Shown here one piece after another: positions 1-13,200 of a DNA stretch of 64,000 nucleotides; the stretch's first letter is position 1; every line of letters begins with the position of its first letter. The translations under genes were made by a program, and so were the position numbers. A model generated the notes under the pieces. The model did no database searches and was not told where the DNA came from. It saw only the letters and a program-made list of their open reading frames with translations. The DNA is from Saccostrea cucullata (Eukaryota). Where the stretch lies: contig NW_026919281.1 of the NCBI RefSeq assembly GCF_032062105.1, positions 62,001 to 126,000 on the forward strand, written 5' to 3'.

Positions 1-2049
1 TTAGAATGTATCTCTAAGTAAGTGGTAACCAAGGATACATTTGTAATACATTTAAAATGCTGAAATATGATGAAAAACACTCCGTATTCACTAATGGTAG
101 GTGTTACATGCTCAAACTCAAACAACGACTTAAGAAAAACAATGAAAATGTTTGACCTTAAGTATATAGGTATAAGCAAAATTATTTTATAAATAACTTT
201 TATGGTTGCCATTGTAACACAGTGTAACCATGCAAAACCAGTAACTAAGATTGGGTTAATGCTACTGTCTTGAGGAAAAACATGAAAATTCAAGACTAAC
301 AAATATGCATCCTTAGAACCTTGCAACACCAAAACCATAAGAAAAATTCGATATAATTGCTACTTTATAGTGTTACCATGGAAACAAAGTACCAATGCTT
401 AAACGTGAATTATTCGTCTCTGCATTAAGAATTGAATTGCCATTTAATCAAGAAACAAATTAAAGGACTAAGCTTGAATAGTACTTATCTGTTAGAACTG
501 AAGTTAAATATCATATATTGATAAAATTTGATGAATAAAACAACACTATTGCTATGGTTACCAAGTAGGGAAAATGTTCGATTTTGTGAACTTTATATCA
601 ATATTTTTCAGGTTTTTAAGAATATATTTTCTGCTTATTTCCATAGCAACGCTCTATTTAAAAAATCTAATCTGAATTTTTTCAAATGGAAAAACTTGGA
701 GCACACCAACATCTTATAAAATTGATCATTAGTTATGAGGAAATGTGCTTTTTTTAAAAGATAGGATCAGATTTAAACATACATAGTGTTACTTTAAAGG
801 TTCTCTGTGGTATAAAAACCTTTGCAACCATTGCCAACCAAAATGAAATAGCATATTTTGTGCTTGGTATATGTTTCAAGACCTCTTTTTTCTATAAGTT
901 GGTCATATTTCATCCTATAATTGCTTTTTATTTTTACGTGTATGACTTTATAAAATTCAATGAATATTTTTTTTTACTTTTGAATACTTTTTTACGATAG
1001 TAACGTATGTAATAGTTGATTTACCAAACATGTTTATCATGCATTTGAGACATCCGACCTTCAACTTTTTGAAACAATCATTGCCAAATGTTTGCTTTGC
1101 CGCAAATGATAACTATGGGGCTCTAAACACGTTAAAAATGCCCTTTTTCGAACTTTAAGACATGTTGCCATGGTAAATATAAAACATAGCAACCAATTTT
1201 CCCTTTATTTCAGTTTAGGGTATCAATGACTTTTATCATATAGAGTTTGGAGAAATTCTGAGACCATGCATGCCACAGCTCCTATATAAAATTTTAGATC
1301 ATTACAGAGAATGGCTCATAAAAATTAAATTTTTGACGTTTTCTTCTAATATTTTTATCCAATTAAAGCATGAAACAAAATGAACTCTTAGTTTGTTTTA
1401 GAAAAGACACTTTAAATTGTGACTAAGAAAAAGTTTTAAATTGCTTCTCATAATCAATTATTTGACCTTTCTGCACTAATAAAACATGATTTTTTCCGGC
1501 ATTGAAAATTTAATAAGCGAGAAAATTATTTTAAAATCTTAAACTTTTTCTGATAATTTAAGCAAATAGGTCAAAAGTATCTTGAATATTCAGAAAAGAA
1601 CATCAAAAGTGGGGGTATATGATGTAAATTTTCAGATAATACTAAAAAAGTGTCAATTTTACGTTAAAATTACGTTAAAAGTTTTTTCCCGGGTTTTCAG
1701 AATATATTTACTATATTTGTCACACTTTGTTGAAAAATATCATAAGAAATAATTTAATAGATATATCAGAAACAGCATAACACATTTCACTGCCAAAAAA
1801 AAGCTTTGTGTGCAACCACCATGAAACAATAGGAATCCAAAATTAAAAGTACTCTTGTAGTTCAAAAGGGGAAAAACTGATCATTTTCGTTTAAAAAACA
1901 TTCCGCCACAAAATATATTCCCTAGCTTAATTCTACTTAAAAGAAATTTAAGCGCGGTTTTGTCATTGAATATTGTTTAATTTGCATTGTAGAGTTCATA
2001 TTTAATGATAGAACTTAAAAATGATGCAGAATTTTATAAATAATGGACA

Positions 2050-2580
2050 TGACCAAAATCCATCAAAAACGTTGGATCGAACCTCCTTAATAGAGAATGT
2101 ACTAAAATTTCAAGCATCTGCGATGAGTAGTTGATGAGAAAATTGCGACAAAAATTTTTATGTATGAAATGGATGGACACACAAACAAACAGGAAGTTGA
2201 CATCATATTTCAACAAAAAATAAATCTCACCATACTGCATACCTCAGAGAAGATTGTGTTAAAATTCCAAGCATCTGCAATGATAAGTTGCTGAGAAAAC
2301 TGCGACGAAAATTTGTTACGAACAGAAGGACGGATAGCTAGACAGATGGGCGGACCCACTAGGGTATTACAGTATACTGTGGATCTTCAGAAATCCGGAC
2401 GCCTTAATATCCGGACGATTTTGCATCGGAACGGAATTTTTTAATGTTATTTTGTCTTGATTATCTGGTAATCCACATATCCGGACGCTTGACATATCCG
2501 GACAAATTGACTAGGAACCAAAATGTCTGAATAAATGGGGCTCCACTGACCCCTCTCTCCTTCAGAGTGAGGGTATAAAA
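2050..2580 (+). mobile_element. HINE/pearl-like remnant interrupted by a mariner-like MITE (~2378-2548)
   Basis: Two related repeat units (caagcatctg..gttg.tgagaaaa.tgcgac at ~2110 and ~2268), a gacgga/gacaga microsatellite, and a terminal hairpin ccctctctcc..gagtgagggtataaaa; the inner element ends ctccactg and carries tccggac repeats. Confidence 0.55.
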
Positions 2581-2809
2581 ACCGAACTTCTACTGGTACA
2601 AGTAAGGAAAAAAATATGGCAGTAACAAATAAATAAAAGAATTCAAGTCGTCATATATTCAAATTAATCAAATAAAAGACAATCGATATAATGTAAATAA
2701 AAAAGCGTAAGAAAAATATGTTTTTCCTACCTAGATTTTGACCCCGTAGCTAATGACCGGTCCTTCGTATGAGACCGTATAAACCAAGGTCCTGTGTCGC
2801 AATTGATGT

Positions 2810-3040
2810 TGGAAGGAAAATTTAATTGCTTTGAAGGCCGAGTATAGATTTGATTTGCGGTTTCTTATGGGAAGTGGTGGCGTCCCAAGATGAGTAAATA
2901 TTCTCGTAAGAATATTAAAGAAACAACAAATAAAACTATTTTGACCCAATATCCGGTTCTTTCACCAGCCCGTATGGGCAACGACTTAACCAGACCTAAA
3001 GCAACTCTACACTGGGATGTTGGATATAAATATAATGAAC
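2810..3040 (-). mobile_element. Penelope remnant, third paralogous copy (downstream of cGLR copy 1)
   Basis: gccgagtatagatttgatttgcgg...aaaactattttgacccaata...actctacactgggatgttggata matches 48790-48990. Confidence 0.7.
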
Positions 3041-4454
3041 TACAAGCGGTATATTGCATACCCCCCCAACCCCCAACCCCCCAAAAAAGTGATAATCTGA
3101 AAATTTCTTGTGATGTGCTGAATTATATCAATTGTTTGAGTAATATCAATTGACAAAATATTTTTTAGTTCCAAAGTAGGTTATTGACAATTTTTTTTTA
3201 CGACGGAACGAACTAGACGAATTTTATATAATTTTTCAGAAAGAGGAAACACTGGACAAAATTTGCTCAATTTTTGCTATAAATTTTATAAAACGCAGGC
3301 CTGATCAAGAACAATATTTATATATTTCATTGTTATTATTTTTCTACACATTATTTCTAAATACTAAGCTTGAGCAGACCTGCGCTCGGTGACTTTAACT
3401 TAAAATATTGGGATAATATATACCTATTTGTATAGTAACCATGAAAATTTTAAATTAACGTAATTTTCCTGACGTCATTTCAAACATATGACGTCATTCC
3501 TTATGAAAATATTCAGTACTTTGAAGTCTGCAGATATCCCCCTGAACATAAATAGAACATAATTATATTGTTTCTCTGAAAAAGTTCGATTTGATGGGCA
3601 AATATTTCTCATAATCAATTATTTACATTTGCAAATATTTTTCTTAGATGAAACTATAAAACAGAAAGTATGATCAATTAAGAAATAAACAATGCTAAAA
3701 TATTCTCTGAAAAATGAACTTAGTTGGTCGTGTGATCAAATCTAATGAAGCCCGAAGGGCTTCTCAGTAGATTTGATCAAGCATTACTGAAAGAAGTCGG
3801 TTCACTTTATGCATAAAATGGCCCTGTAGATATACCAATTTATTGATCAACACTTGATTTTCTATTTGAAGTACTAAATTAAAATAGAGACTTGGTGCTT
3901 TCATATCCTATTAAAATGTTTTTTTTTCTAAAAGTCCAGGTCTAGGAGAACTGGCTTTATGAAATTGCAATGTTCTTGAATTTTTAGGTAAACAGGCATA
4001 ATTGAGTACTTTCAGTGAAGAAAAATAATATGAGCGCACTCTCTGATCTAAAAAATAAAACATGTCCATTAATCCTTAGAAAAAGTTCTATCATTTAGCA
4101 GTTGCATATTTTAGATCAGAGGTTGCGCTCTATGTTAAATATCAAAATATAGCTTTAAAAATTGGCCGTTTTTGTAGACTTTTTCAGAATATGAGGAAAT
4201 TGACGCATTTTGTGACGTCATAATGCATTGACTAGCAAGAAAATGACGTCATTTTTATTAGATATGCAATCACCAAAGATCTCAGTGATATCTAATGCAT
4301 TGTTAACTAAAACTATGCTATTTCAGTTTTTCAGAAGTTCACAGGGCCAAATAAGGCAAAAGTGAACCTTGTTCTTTATTTCCCAGTGAACTTTTTAACA
4401 TTTTTGTTTTTTTTTACTTATATTTACTTTCGAGACATTAGATACCCAGTAATA

Positions 4455-5752
4455 CTGCATTTATGACATGGATGGGCCGCCTTGTTATGTTGTGACGAGT
4501 AATACTGTAAACCAATTTTTATTCGCGTGCGAGAAATATCCGCGAGTTCCGCGACCTCCTTGAACTCGCGAATATTAATCGCCGCGAACCATTCATTTTG
4601 CTAAGGATTTGTAGAGAATGTTTCCTCGGTCGGGGAAATTAATTGTCGCGGATTGGTTTTAAACTGACAAATCGCAAATAAAAGATGACACGAATAATAC
4701 TTGGTTTACAGGAACCTAGGGTATTGTTTGGTCTTGAAAGTTAACATCGCTCCAACATTTGAATGTTTACATTGAATGTTTAGCAGTCCATTTCAGGAAA
4801 TCTCTTTTAATAGTGAAAGAAAAATGATTGTTGCTGAGAATAATCTTACTGTTTCATGAGTTCTTAATATATTTGAAGTCAAAAGCGGTGGTATCGCCTG
4901 TTTTAGTTTACATAACTCCAAAAGAATTTCGGGTTAAAAAAGTATGTGCCGTTTTAGGCTAATCATAGTATTTAAAACATTATTATGCACAGCAAGAGAA
5001 GATTAATTGTACATCTTTTTTAATTAAAAAATATCAATATTTTAATCATTTTATCTTTTTCATCGTTATAAACTTTAAAAATATTTCAAAACAATTTGCA
5101 CGTTACAGAAATATGTATACAGAATATCTCGCTTTGTTATTCGGTCACGCTATGACCTCTTACCCCCAAATAATTTTGATGCAGATATAAACAAAATTTC
5201 TCTTTAATTGATCAAAGAGATATTTGCAAATGTAAAAATTTCTTTATGAACTTACTATAGTATTTGGGGGGTCATAGGTCATAGCGCGACCGAATCACTC
5301 AGATCTTGTTTACATATATTTTTTCTGTAAGGTTTCGGAAATATTGAGTTAAAAACGCTAAACGAAATAAAATAACTGACACATACATGTATTAGGTATT
5401 TTTCATTCAAAAAATGGTCAACAGATTTTCCTTTGGTGTGAAGAATGTTTTTAATACTACATTTATAAATAGCTAAAATTGCACCAACCTTTTTAAAACC
5501 TAAATTTCTTTGAAATTATGTTAACTAAAAATTTGACTTCAAATATTCAGAACCCATAAAATAGGAAGATTATTCTCAGTAGGGATCATTGATCTTACTT
5601 TATAAACAAGGAAAATATGAACTGGACTGCTGAACGACATTGTAGTAAATACTGAAATTTTTGAGCGGGACGAACTTTCAAGACTAATGAACTTCTTGGT
5701 AATTGCGCATCACAACATAACAATACGGCGGCCAATTTGTGTAATAAATGCA
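4455..5752. repeat. Degenerate long inverted repeat (foldback element), centre ~5220
   Basis: 4455-5170 is the diverged reverse complement of 5260-5752 (e.g. ctgagaataatctt / aagattattctcag; tttgaagtcaaa / tttgacttcaaa). Part of it recurs, split by insertions, at 33140-33400, 34286-34497 and 39863-40010. Confidence 0.65.
4505..4711. mobile_element. Tc1/mariner-like MITE
   Basis: TIRs CTGTAAACCAA...TTGGTTTACAG, TA on the left, internal cgcga repeats. Confidence 0.7.
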
Positions 5753-6021
5753 AATATTTACATTTGCAAATGTTTTCCTTTATATAACACTACCAAAAGG
5801 AATGTGTATCTATAACTGTATAAATACAGGTACGGGGTCAAGAGGTCATAGATGTGCGTATGGATAATCGTTTGACGTAATTTCTCAGTGACGTCATAAA
5901 GGGTCGACGCGCGTTCAGTGGATTACATACTTGCCGTTGAGTTTGAAAAATAACGCATTTCACACGCTTAAAGTCACAATCAGGTAAATATAAAGTATGA
6001 ATAAGTCACAAATGTAAATAT

Positions 6022-6189
6022 AAGTAATAAGGTATCATTTTAAAACATCTATCGGGCTATAAATACGGATACGGATTGGTACGAGATTAAATTCATCATA
6101 AAGCCCTTCGGGCTTTATGGAATTTAATCTCGTGACCAACCCGTATTTATATCCCGATAGATGTTTAAAAATGATACCTTATTTCTTAA
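6022..6189. repeat. ~170-bp near-perfect palindrome with a TTC/GAA triloop
   Basis: aataaggtatcattttaaaacatctatcggg...cccgatagatgtttaaaaatgataccttatt with centre aaagccc-ttc-gggcttt. Confidence 0.85.
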
Positions 6190-6933
6190 TTAAATTGGCA
6201 TTTATTCGTCTCAAATGTAGAAATGAGTGATAAAACGAAACTGTTAAAAAAAGAAAGACTTTACTGGTAAATGAACTTAAATGGTACGTGATCAAATCAA
6301 CTGAGAAGTCCTTCGGGATTTACAGGATTTGAATATATGACCAAATAAGTTCATTTCCAAGAGAATTTTTAGCATTGTTTTTTATTTCTTAAATTATAGA
6401 CTATTATTACATTTAATTTTCTTACATTTATTCCTGTTTTTCTTAACTAATTAAAATTAACAAACTTAAAGTATTTTATCAAATACATTAAGTTGATAGC
6501 CTATCTTTACTAAGGTGTGGCAAAACGTTCCATTCATATTATGAGGTTTTTTTATATAATTTCTTGGCAATGCTGGTTGTACAGAAATGTCTATAATTAT
6601 TATCCTTGTGAATTCTAAACTGTTTTCAAAATGGTTTAAAGTGTAACAAACATTATGATATTTGCATTTAAAGTGATACACAATACATTTTATTTATAAT
6701 TACATGTATTACAATTTTTTTCCACCAGCAAAATGTTTTTTTTTTAATACAAAATCAGGAATTCCCTAGGTTAGTATTGTTGACGAATTACACCCTTCGC
6801 TTAAATATAGGTTTGATGATCATTCGTTGAGTCTACAGAAAAGCAACAAATGTAACAATCACAGGATTTCTTTTTATCATTTCTTTTTTTGTTTCACATT
6901 GGTTTCGTTGTGTTCCGTTGAGTTTTTTTTTAA

Positions 6934-8100
6934 TTATCTTTCTGCTATCAGTGCAAGTTTTTCAAAATTTTCAAGAGCTTCAGAATACAATAAACCAAAA
7001 CGACTTTCTTTGTAAGAGTCAAGCAGTTTGCAAAGTGTATTTTCACAATTCCTGCTTTGTCCCATCTCCAGATAACAAAGAAACATCAAAAATAAAGCGT
7101 ATGATTTGTCATACATTACGAAGTCAGTCATCGGACAAGCACGGACATCACTCTTAAGATCTTCGGGATAAAAACAGCTATGTCTAGGTAAGGACATAAA
7201 CCATGAGCAGTATTTTTCTATTAGATGCGTAAAATTACATCCAGGTTTGCCAATATCTGACAATAATAAACTATTATAAATAAAACCCAAAGTTGGGCTA
7301 TCTGTTAATTTGGTGAGAACATGGCAGAGCACTTCTATTGCAGAGTTATATTTTCCCTGGCAATACCACAGTGTCGCTAAGTATAGTCCTCCAGATGCCA
7401 GAAAATTCCGTTCTAAGATGAAGGCTGTGATGAAGGCAGAATGATTTTAGCCACTGGATACCTTTCACATCGCCTTTTGTGGGACCTTTTGGAACAACAT
7501 GCATCAAGGTAACACGTTTCTCTAACAGACGTGACTTTAAATTATTCCAAAATTTTGTTGAAAAATTCCTCAAAATCTTATTTGAAGAAATTGGGTGTAT
7601 AGGAAAGCAATAACAAACATCGTATTCCTTTTGTATGTATGATGTAATACATGGTCCGTGACTTGTGATATCGGTGCATTTATTGAAGCTGTATTTATGA
7701 CACATTTCCAAAAACCTAATCCTGGAAAAACAATCATCATCAGACACTTTGTCACACTTTTTTGGATAATGCGCAAGTTTACAGAAGCTTGGTTTGCAAC
7801 CAATGTCACTTGCAATGAATGTAATATATCTAGAGTATGTCAGCCCTTCTAATTCCAAGACAACAGTTCCTTTTGTGGAGGACCACATTATATCAAGATC
7901 ACTCCATTGAAATTTAAATCCTTCAGCGGAACTTCCAGAAATAAATTCATCACTTATCTGACTAACATTCTTCACCTCTACATAGACTCTGCTTATTTCT
8001 CTTCGCAATTTAACATCTTCCTCTGTGCCTATAGCAAAATCTAAGTATCTCCAAAGTTCCCTGGTTCAGAATTCCATCATTTGTTTAGTAGGTGTCGTTC
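6934..8100 (-). pseudogene. cGLR/Mab-21 copy 1, pseudogene
   Basis: Homologous to copy 2. In-frame TGA at 8066-8068 (MMEF*TRELW); ~674-bp internal deletion plus 9-bp insertion at 7428-7436 causing a frameshift; exon 1 and promoter absent (replaced by the TIR element at 8221-9091). Confidence 0.88.
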
Positions 8101-8220
8101 CTTTTACATGAAATATAGCAAAACATGTTCAGACATTTGATCGTACACTCTTTTCTTTGCAAAACATTTTTAAAATGATTTTTTTATTATGTTTAATTTT
8201 ACTTAAGTATGGAACACCAT

Positions 8221-9091
8221 ATTAACATATATTCAAATATTTGTACCTATCTTCAATTCAATTTTACCTATCTTCAATTCAATTGTACCTATCTTCAAAT
8301 AAATTGTACCTATCTTCAAATGAATTAGAGAAAGGTACAATTCAATTATACATATCTTTAATACAAATGCAATGAATTGAAGATACATGTAGGTATACAG
8401 ATTTAAAGATAGGTACAATTGAATTTAATCTATCTTTAATTAATAAGATATTTGTCTGATAATTACTCCCTTGATCATACGTCATTTCCGGTACGCCAGA
8501 GCTGGTGCAAAAGTTTATCGGAATCTTCATCTGGCTGCCATACAAGATATACATACATGATATACATGTGTATTTTAATAAGTACTGGTATATGATGCTT
8601 TTTGTACATTTTGAATTTAACTGTATTTCTTCTTTATCCTCGTTATCGCCACTCTGTAGGCTCTGTTCGTTTTCCTTCATGTTCAATATTATCTCCAAGG
8701 CAGCGTTCATTTTTTTTATAACACAAAACGAATTGCACCTTGGTATAATTAAATTGTACCTATCTATTTTTAGATATGTACTAGTTGAACCTATCTTCAA
8801 ATCAATTGTACCCATCATAAAATTAATTATACCTATTTTCAAATGAATTATAGATAGGTATAATTCAATTGAACCAATTTTCAATTGAATTAAAGATAGA
8901 TGTAACTCTCTTAAAGATAGGTTTAATTCATATGTACCTAGGTATAATTATTTAGAGATAGGTATAATTATTTACGCCTATCTTCAAATCAATTGAACCT
9001 ATCATGAATTCAACTGTACATATCTTTAATTCAATTGTACCTATCTTCAATACGTATGAAGATAGGTGCAAATATTTGAGTATATGTTAAT
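8221..9091. mobile_element. TIR element with internal ~21-bp tandem repeats in both orientations (foldback/MITE-like)
   Basis: TIRs attaacatatattcaaatatttgtacctatcttca and tgaagataggtgcaaatatttgagtatatgttaat; many copies of aattgtacctatcttca. The ORFs at 8233-8884 are repeat translations. Confidence 0.75.
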
Positions 9092-10269
9092 GTACTTGCG
9101 TCGTTATCTGACATCATACAAGCAAAATGCATCAGAACACAGGAGTCTGAGGTTTTTATCGTAACTTTCGATTTTGTGGTTTAGAATCGAGGATGAGCTG
9201 TCAAGGTGTAAAAAGTGCCATGCACGGCCCATGTTGTCAAGCAGTCAGATTTTTTTAACTTGAATAAATAGCACAAACAAATTAGTCACAAAAGTCTTGG
9301 TCAAACCAAGACCTATTTGTTCATCCCCCAACCAAAAAAAATTACGTTAAAGTAATCCTGGTGTTTTTTTTAAGTCGAGGGTGGAGTATTGGTGTGGGGG
9401 GGGGTACGATTTAAACTTCAGACTCCTGTGATCAGAATTATTTTCATATGTGACTGGTTTATATATTCACATATGTCAACATGCAAGATAATTGTGTAGA
9501 CATGCAAATTATTTATGTCAACATGCAAGATTATTATGCCAATATGCAAGAAAATAACCAATTTATCAAAATGAGAGATATTTGAGTTGGTTTTATCTCC
9601 TTAATTATCTTGCATGCTGACCTTAATATATTTACGGGTATGTCTTCAAATGCTAGGCAAGCTCACTGCAGCTTTTTTTCTTGGTTGTATAAATCAAATA
9701 ATACATTTCATAGAGATCTTTAAATGACGGTATAATTGTAAACAATTTAACGCAAGATGGGGATTAGACCCACAAGCGTTGATTGTAAGTTACGTAAATT
9801 ATGATAATGTCTGATCCCCGAAAAAAGAGGAGAAAAAAGTACCTATAACACACGTCAAACAAAACATCACAAGAAAAGGTAAGCATAAAGCTGGCACAAA
9901 GTAGGCCGTACATATGACGCCTAAATCATCATTTCAGATTTTATTCAGATGACGTCAAGATGATAAAACGATAAATGTCTGTTGTGGTTCTCAAATCTTT
10001 AAACATGATAGAAAAAAGGCAGTGCGGCAGAAGAGCCACGAGAAAAACTAAATAGTAACACGAGTAGTATTCGGATATAAACGGTAGACTAAACCATTTC
10101 ATATGGACAAAAACCGAAAAAACACATAACAGTTTACAAATATATATTCATATAAGCCGTGTAACGGCACAGTACATATAAAACAAGATCAGTAAGCATT
10201 ACAAGCAAAGGTTAACAAACAGATGACACTTTAGAACAAAAAGGCGGGTATCAGACTGTAACTAAGTTA

Positions 10270-13200
10270 GGGACCAGGCAAAATTTATCACAATGATGGG
10301 ACCAGTACAAAACAAAATCTCATTTTAAAAAAGTATGTGTCACATGGCCTTTTATTTGAAAAAAAACATCCGTCCCATGCCTTAAGACTAAAAAAAATGT
10401 TACTGTCCCATGGTAACATCTTAGTGTTGGTGAAATAATTGTTACAAAACTAAGAGTCTTTCAGATTACAGATATATCGATATTTTTTTTGTTCGTTTAT
10501 TTCTATACTTTGTAATTAGTATTCATTAATTGAACAGTCAGGCGATCACTGCCCTGCGGGTCCTGACATGCATTGCTACTTGATTCTTTGTGCTCATAGG
10601 GGGACTATGCCCTTTCCTTGATGTTAACTTTGCAATAGACAACAACTGTATGGTTTTCTTTAAATTTATTTAAGACTTGGAAAAGCATGTACAATTTTTT
10701 GTAGTTCATAACTGTGATGGACAAAGAGGGAGAGTTGGCGTTAAATGGCCGCATTGCATAAATGTACAATAAGAATTAGGGTCCAGGAAGGACAGCTGGC
10801 ATACCGACTAAAGAGTACCGGGCAAAACCAGTGGCCCTGTGTTGGTCACAGGTGCCTGGGATCCCAAATTTATGTACTAGACATTTGGGCCCGGGAGAGT
10901 TGCGAGCACATCTGTATACCCTGCTTCCGGTGATTGCTACTGGTCATCAGTACTTTAACACCCAAGTACTCCAGTACTAAGCCTCCCCTCCTGTTACAAG
11001 AGGTGGAGGGGGCCCCAGGCCTGCAGACTTGGCTACGACCCCAATCGAAAAACTTGTCACTTGACTTTTTACTTTACTTTCATTAAACATTGCCATAGTT
11101 GGATACTTTGTAGACAACCTGTCTACCCAACAATGTGCCCACCAACTTAAATGCTGGCTGGGCAGGGAAACAACGAGCCAGATATGTTCAACAACCCTCC
11201 CACTTATCCCCCCGGACCCGCCCCCCTTTAATACAATGCGACAAAGATTTTATTAAAGGGTTGTATGTAATTTGGCTGTTAAATTACACTATGAGATAGA
11301 CATGTTAATTACTGTCACTTTTAAGCTAGTTTAATCACAGTCTTAAGTCACTTTTTGAACTGGCTTGTGCTTGACATCAGATTGGCTGCCATTCCTCAAC
11401 CTCAATTCCTGGGAGCTGGATTCCGTTGGTCGTATTTGTTGCTGGATATCTGAAAAATGCAAAAAATCTGACAGCAGATTACTGCAATTTGGTGTTATTT
11501 TCATTAGCCAATGGTTGCATTGTCTAATGATGGATAATTCTGTTCATTGTTGGTGGGTTTATGGGATTGTGTAATGGAACATGCTTATTTAATACTGTGA
11601 AAGAACCAATCTTTGAGAGGTTTAATTTCTGCTGTTTTCCGGGCTTTGAGAGACCCATCAACCCATGTCCACCACCAGTTTTTTCCCAAACCACGAGAAC
11701 CCAAACACACTCCAGGATGTGATTTCACAAAAGTATTAAATTAAATCTATCAGAAGGGGCTGGGTGGGTGGGTAATAATTTGTTATGTTGATCTAGTTTG
11801 CCTCGCTTTGTAGCTGAATGGCGGAAGAGGAAGTGATACTAACTTATTAACTCGTACCAAGACGGCTTTTGAATTTTAGCCAATTCGTTCAATTAACAGT
11901 TCTAACATATCATAATGTGCTTCCGTCAATTAAATGAGATTAATTTGGTATAAGGGCAAATTAATCTGCCTTAATTGAACAGTCAGGCGATCACTGCCCT
12001 GCGGGTCCTGACATGCATTGCTACTTGATTCTTTGTGCTCATAGGGGGACTATGCCCTTTCCTTGATGTTAACTTTGCAATAGACAACAACTGTATGGTT
12101 TTCTTTAAATTTATTTAAGACTTGGAAAAGCATGTACAATTTTTTGTAGTTCATAACTGTGATGGACAAAGAGGGAGAGTTGGCGTTAAATGGCCGCATT
12201 GCATAAATGTACAATAAGAATTAGGGTCCAGGAAGGACAGCTGGCATACCGACTAAAGAGTACCGGGCAAAACCAGTGGCCCTGTGTTGGTCACAGGTGC
12301 CTGGGATCCCAAATTTATGTACTAGACATTTGGGCCCGGGAGAGTTGCGAGCACATCTGTATACCCTGCTTCCGGTGATTGCTACTGGTCATCAGTACTT
12401 TAACACCCAAGTACTCCAGTACTAAGCCTCCCCTCCTGTTACAAGAGGTGGAGGGGGCCCCAGGCCTGCAGACTTGGCTACGACCCCAATCGAAAAACTT
12501 GTCACTTGACTTTTTACTTTACTTTCATTAAACATTGCCATAGTTGGATACTTTGTAGACAACCTGTCTACCCAACAATGTGCCCACCAACTTAAATGCT
12601 GGCTGGGCAGGGAAACAACGAGCCAGATATGTTCAACAACCCTCCCACTTATCCCCCCGGACCCGCCACAGACATCGATATGATGTTCCTCCATTACTTT
12701 ACATTAGGGGATACTTTCCCCTTCCCCTGAACCACAATCCACTTATTAACTTATTCAGACAGGTAGGTTCTGTCCAATTTCCCCAAGTCTGTATTGGTGA
12801 CGAATATGTTTTCGTGAGAAATAACCCCCCCCCCTCCCGGTTCTGTGACACGATTTTGATATATTCATTTTGAATTCTTTGCGTTTCTTGTCTATCTTAT
12901 ATATACATATATATATATACTACCACTGTTCAATTGGGCTATTCCTGCATTTGATTGAGGGGTGCGATCTGCCACATGAATTGCACGAGTGGATAAACCT
13001 GCAATTTGGGTAAAATTTACATGTCTTGCCTGAATTAAAATCATAACAGTAACGATTTGTTGTTGAATTAACATTTTTCTTAGCTTCTGTAATGTTGAAC
13101 TGTTCATCATGGGAGTAGAAATTTTGTGGGGGGGACGTGGGCTCTTCTTGGACCTGTGTGGTTTAGTTGTTGGTAACATGGATCAACCAGAGTTCCGAGT

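Noticed and set aside
8233-8884. ORFs of 61-180 aa with LKIGTI repeats
   Set aside because: They arise from 21-bp tandem repeats in a non-autonomous element; no recognisable domain.
10745-12378. Two identical 62-aa ORFs (10745 and 12190)
   Set aside because: Both lie in the identical split direct repeats of the Ngaro element; no evidence of coding function.
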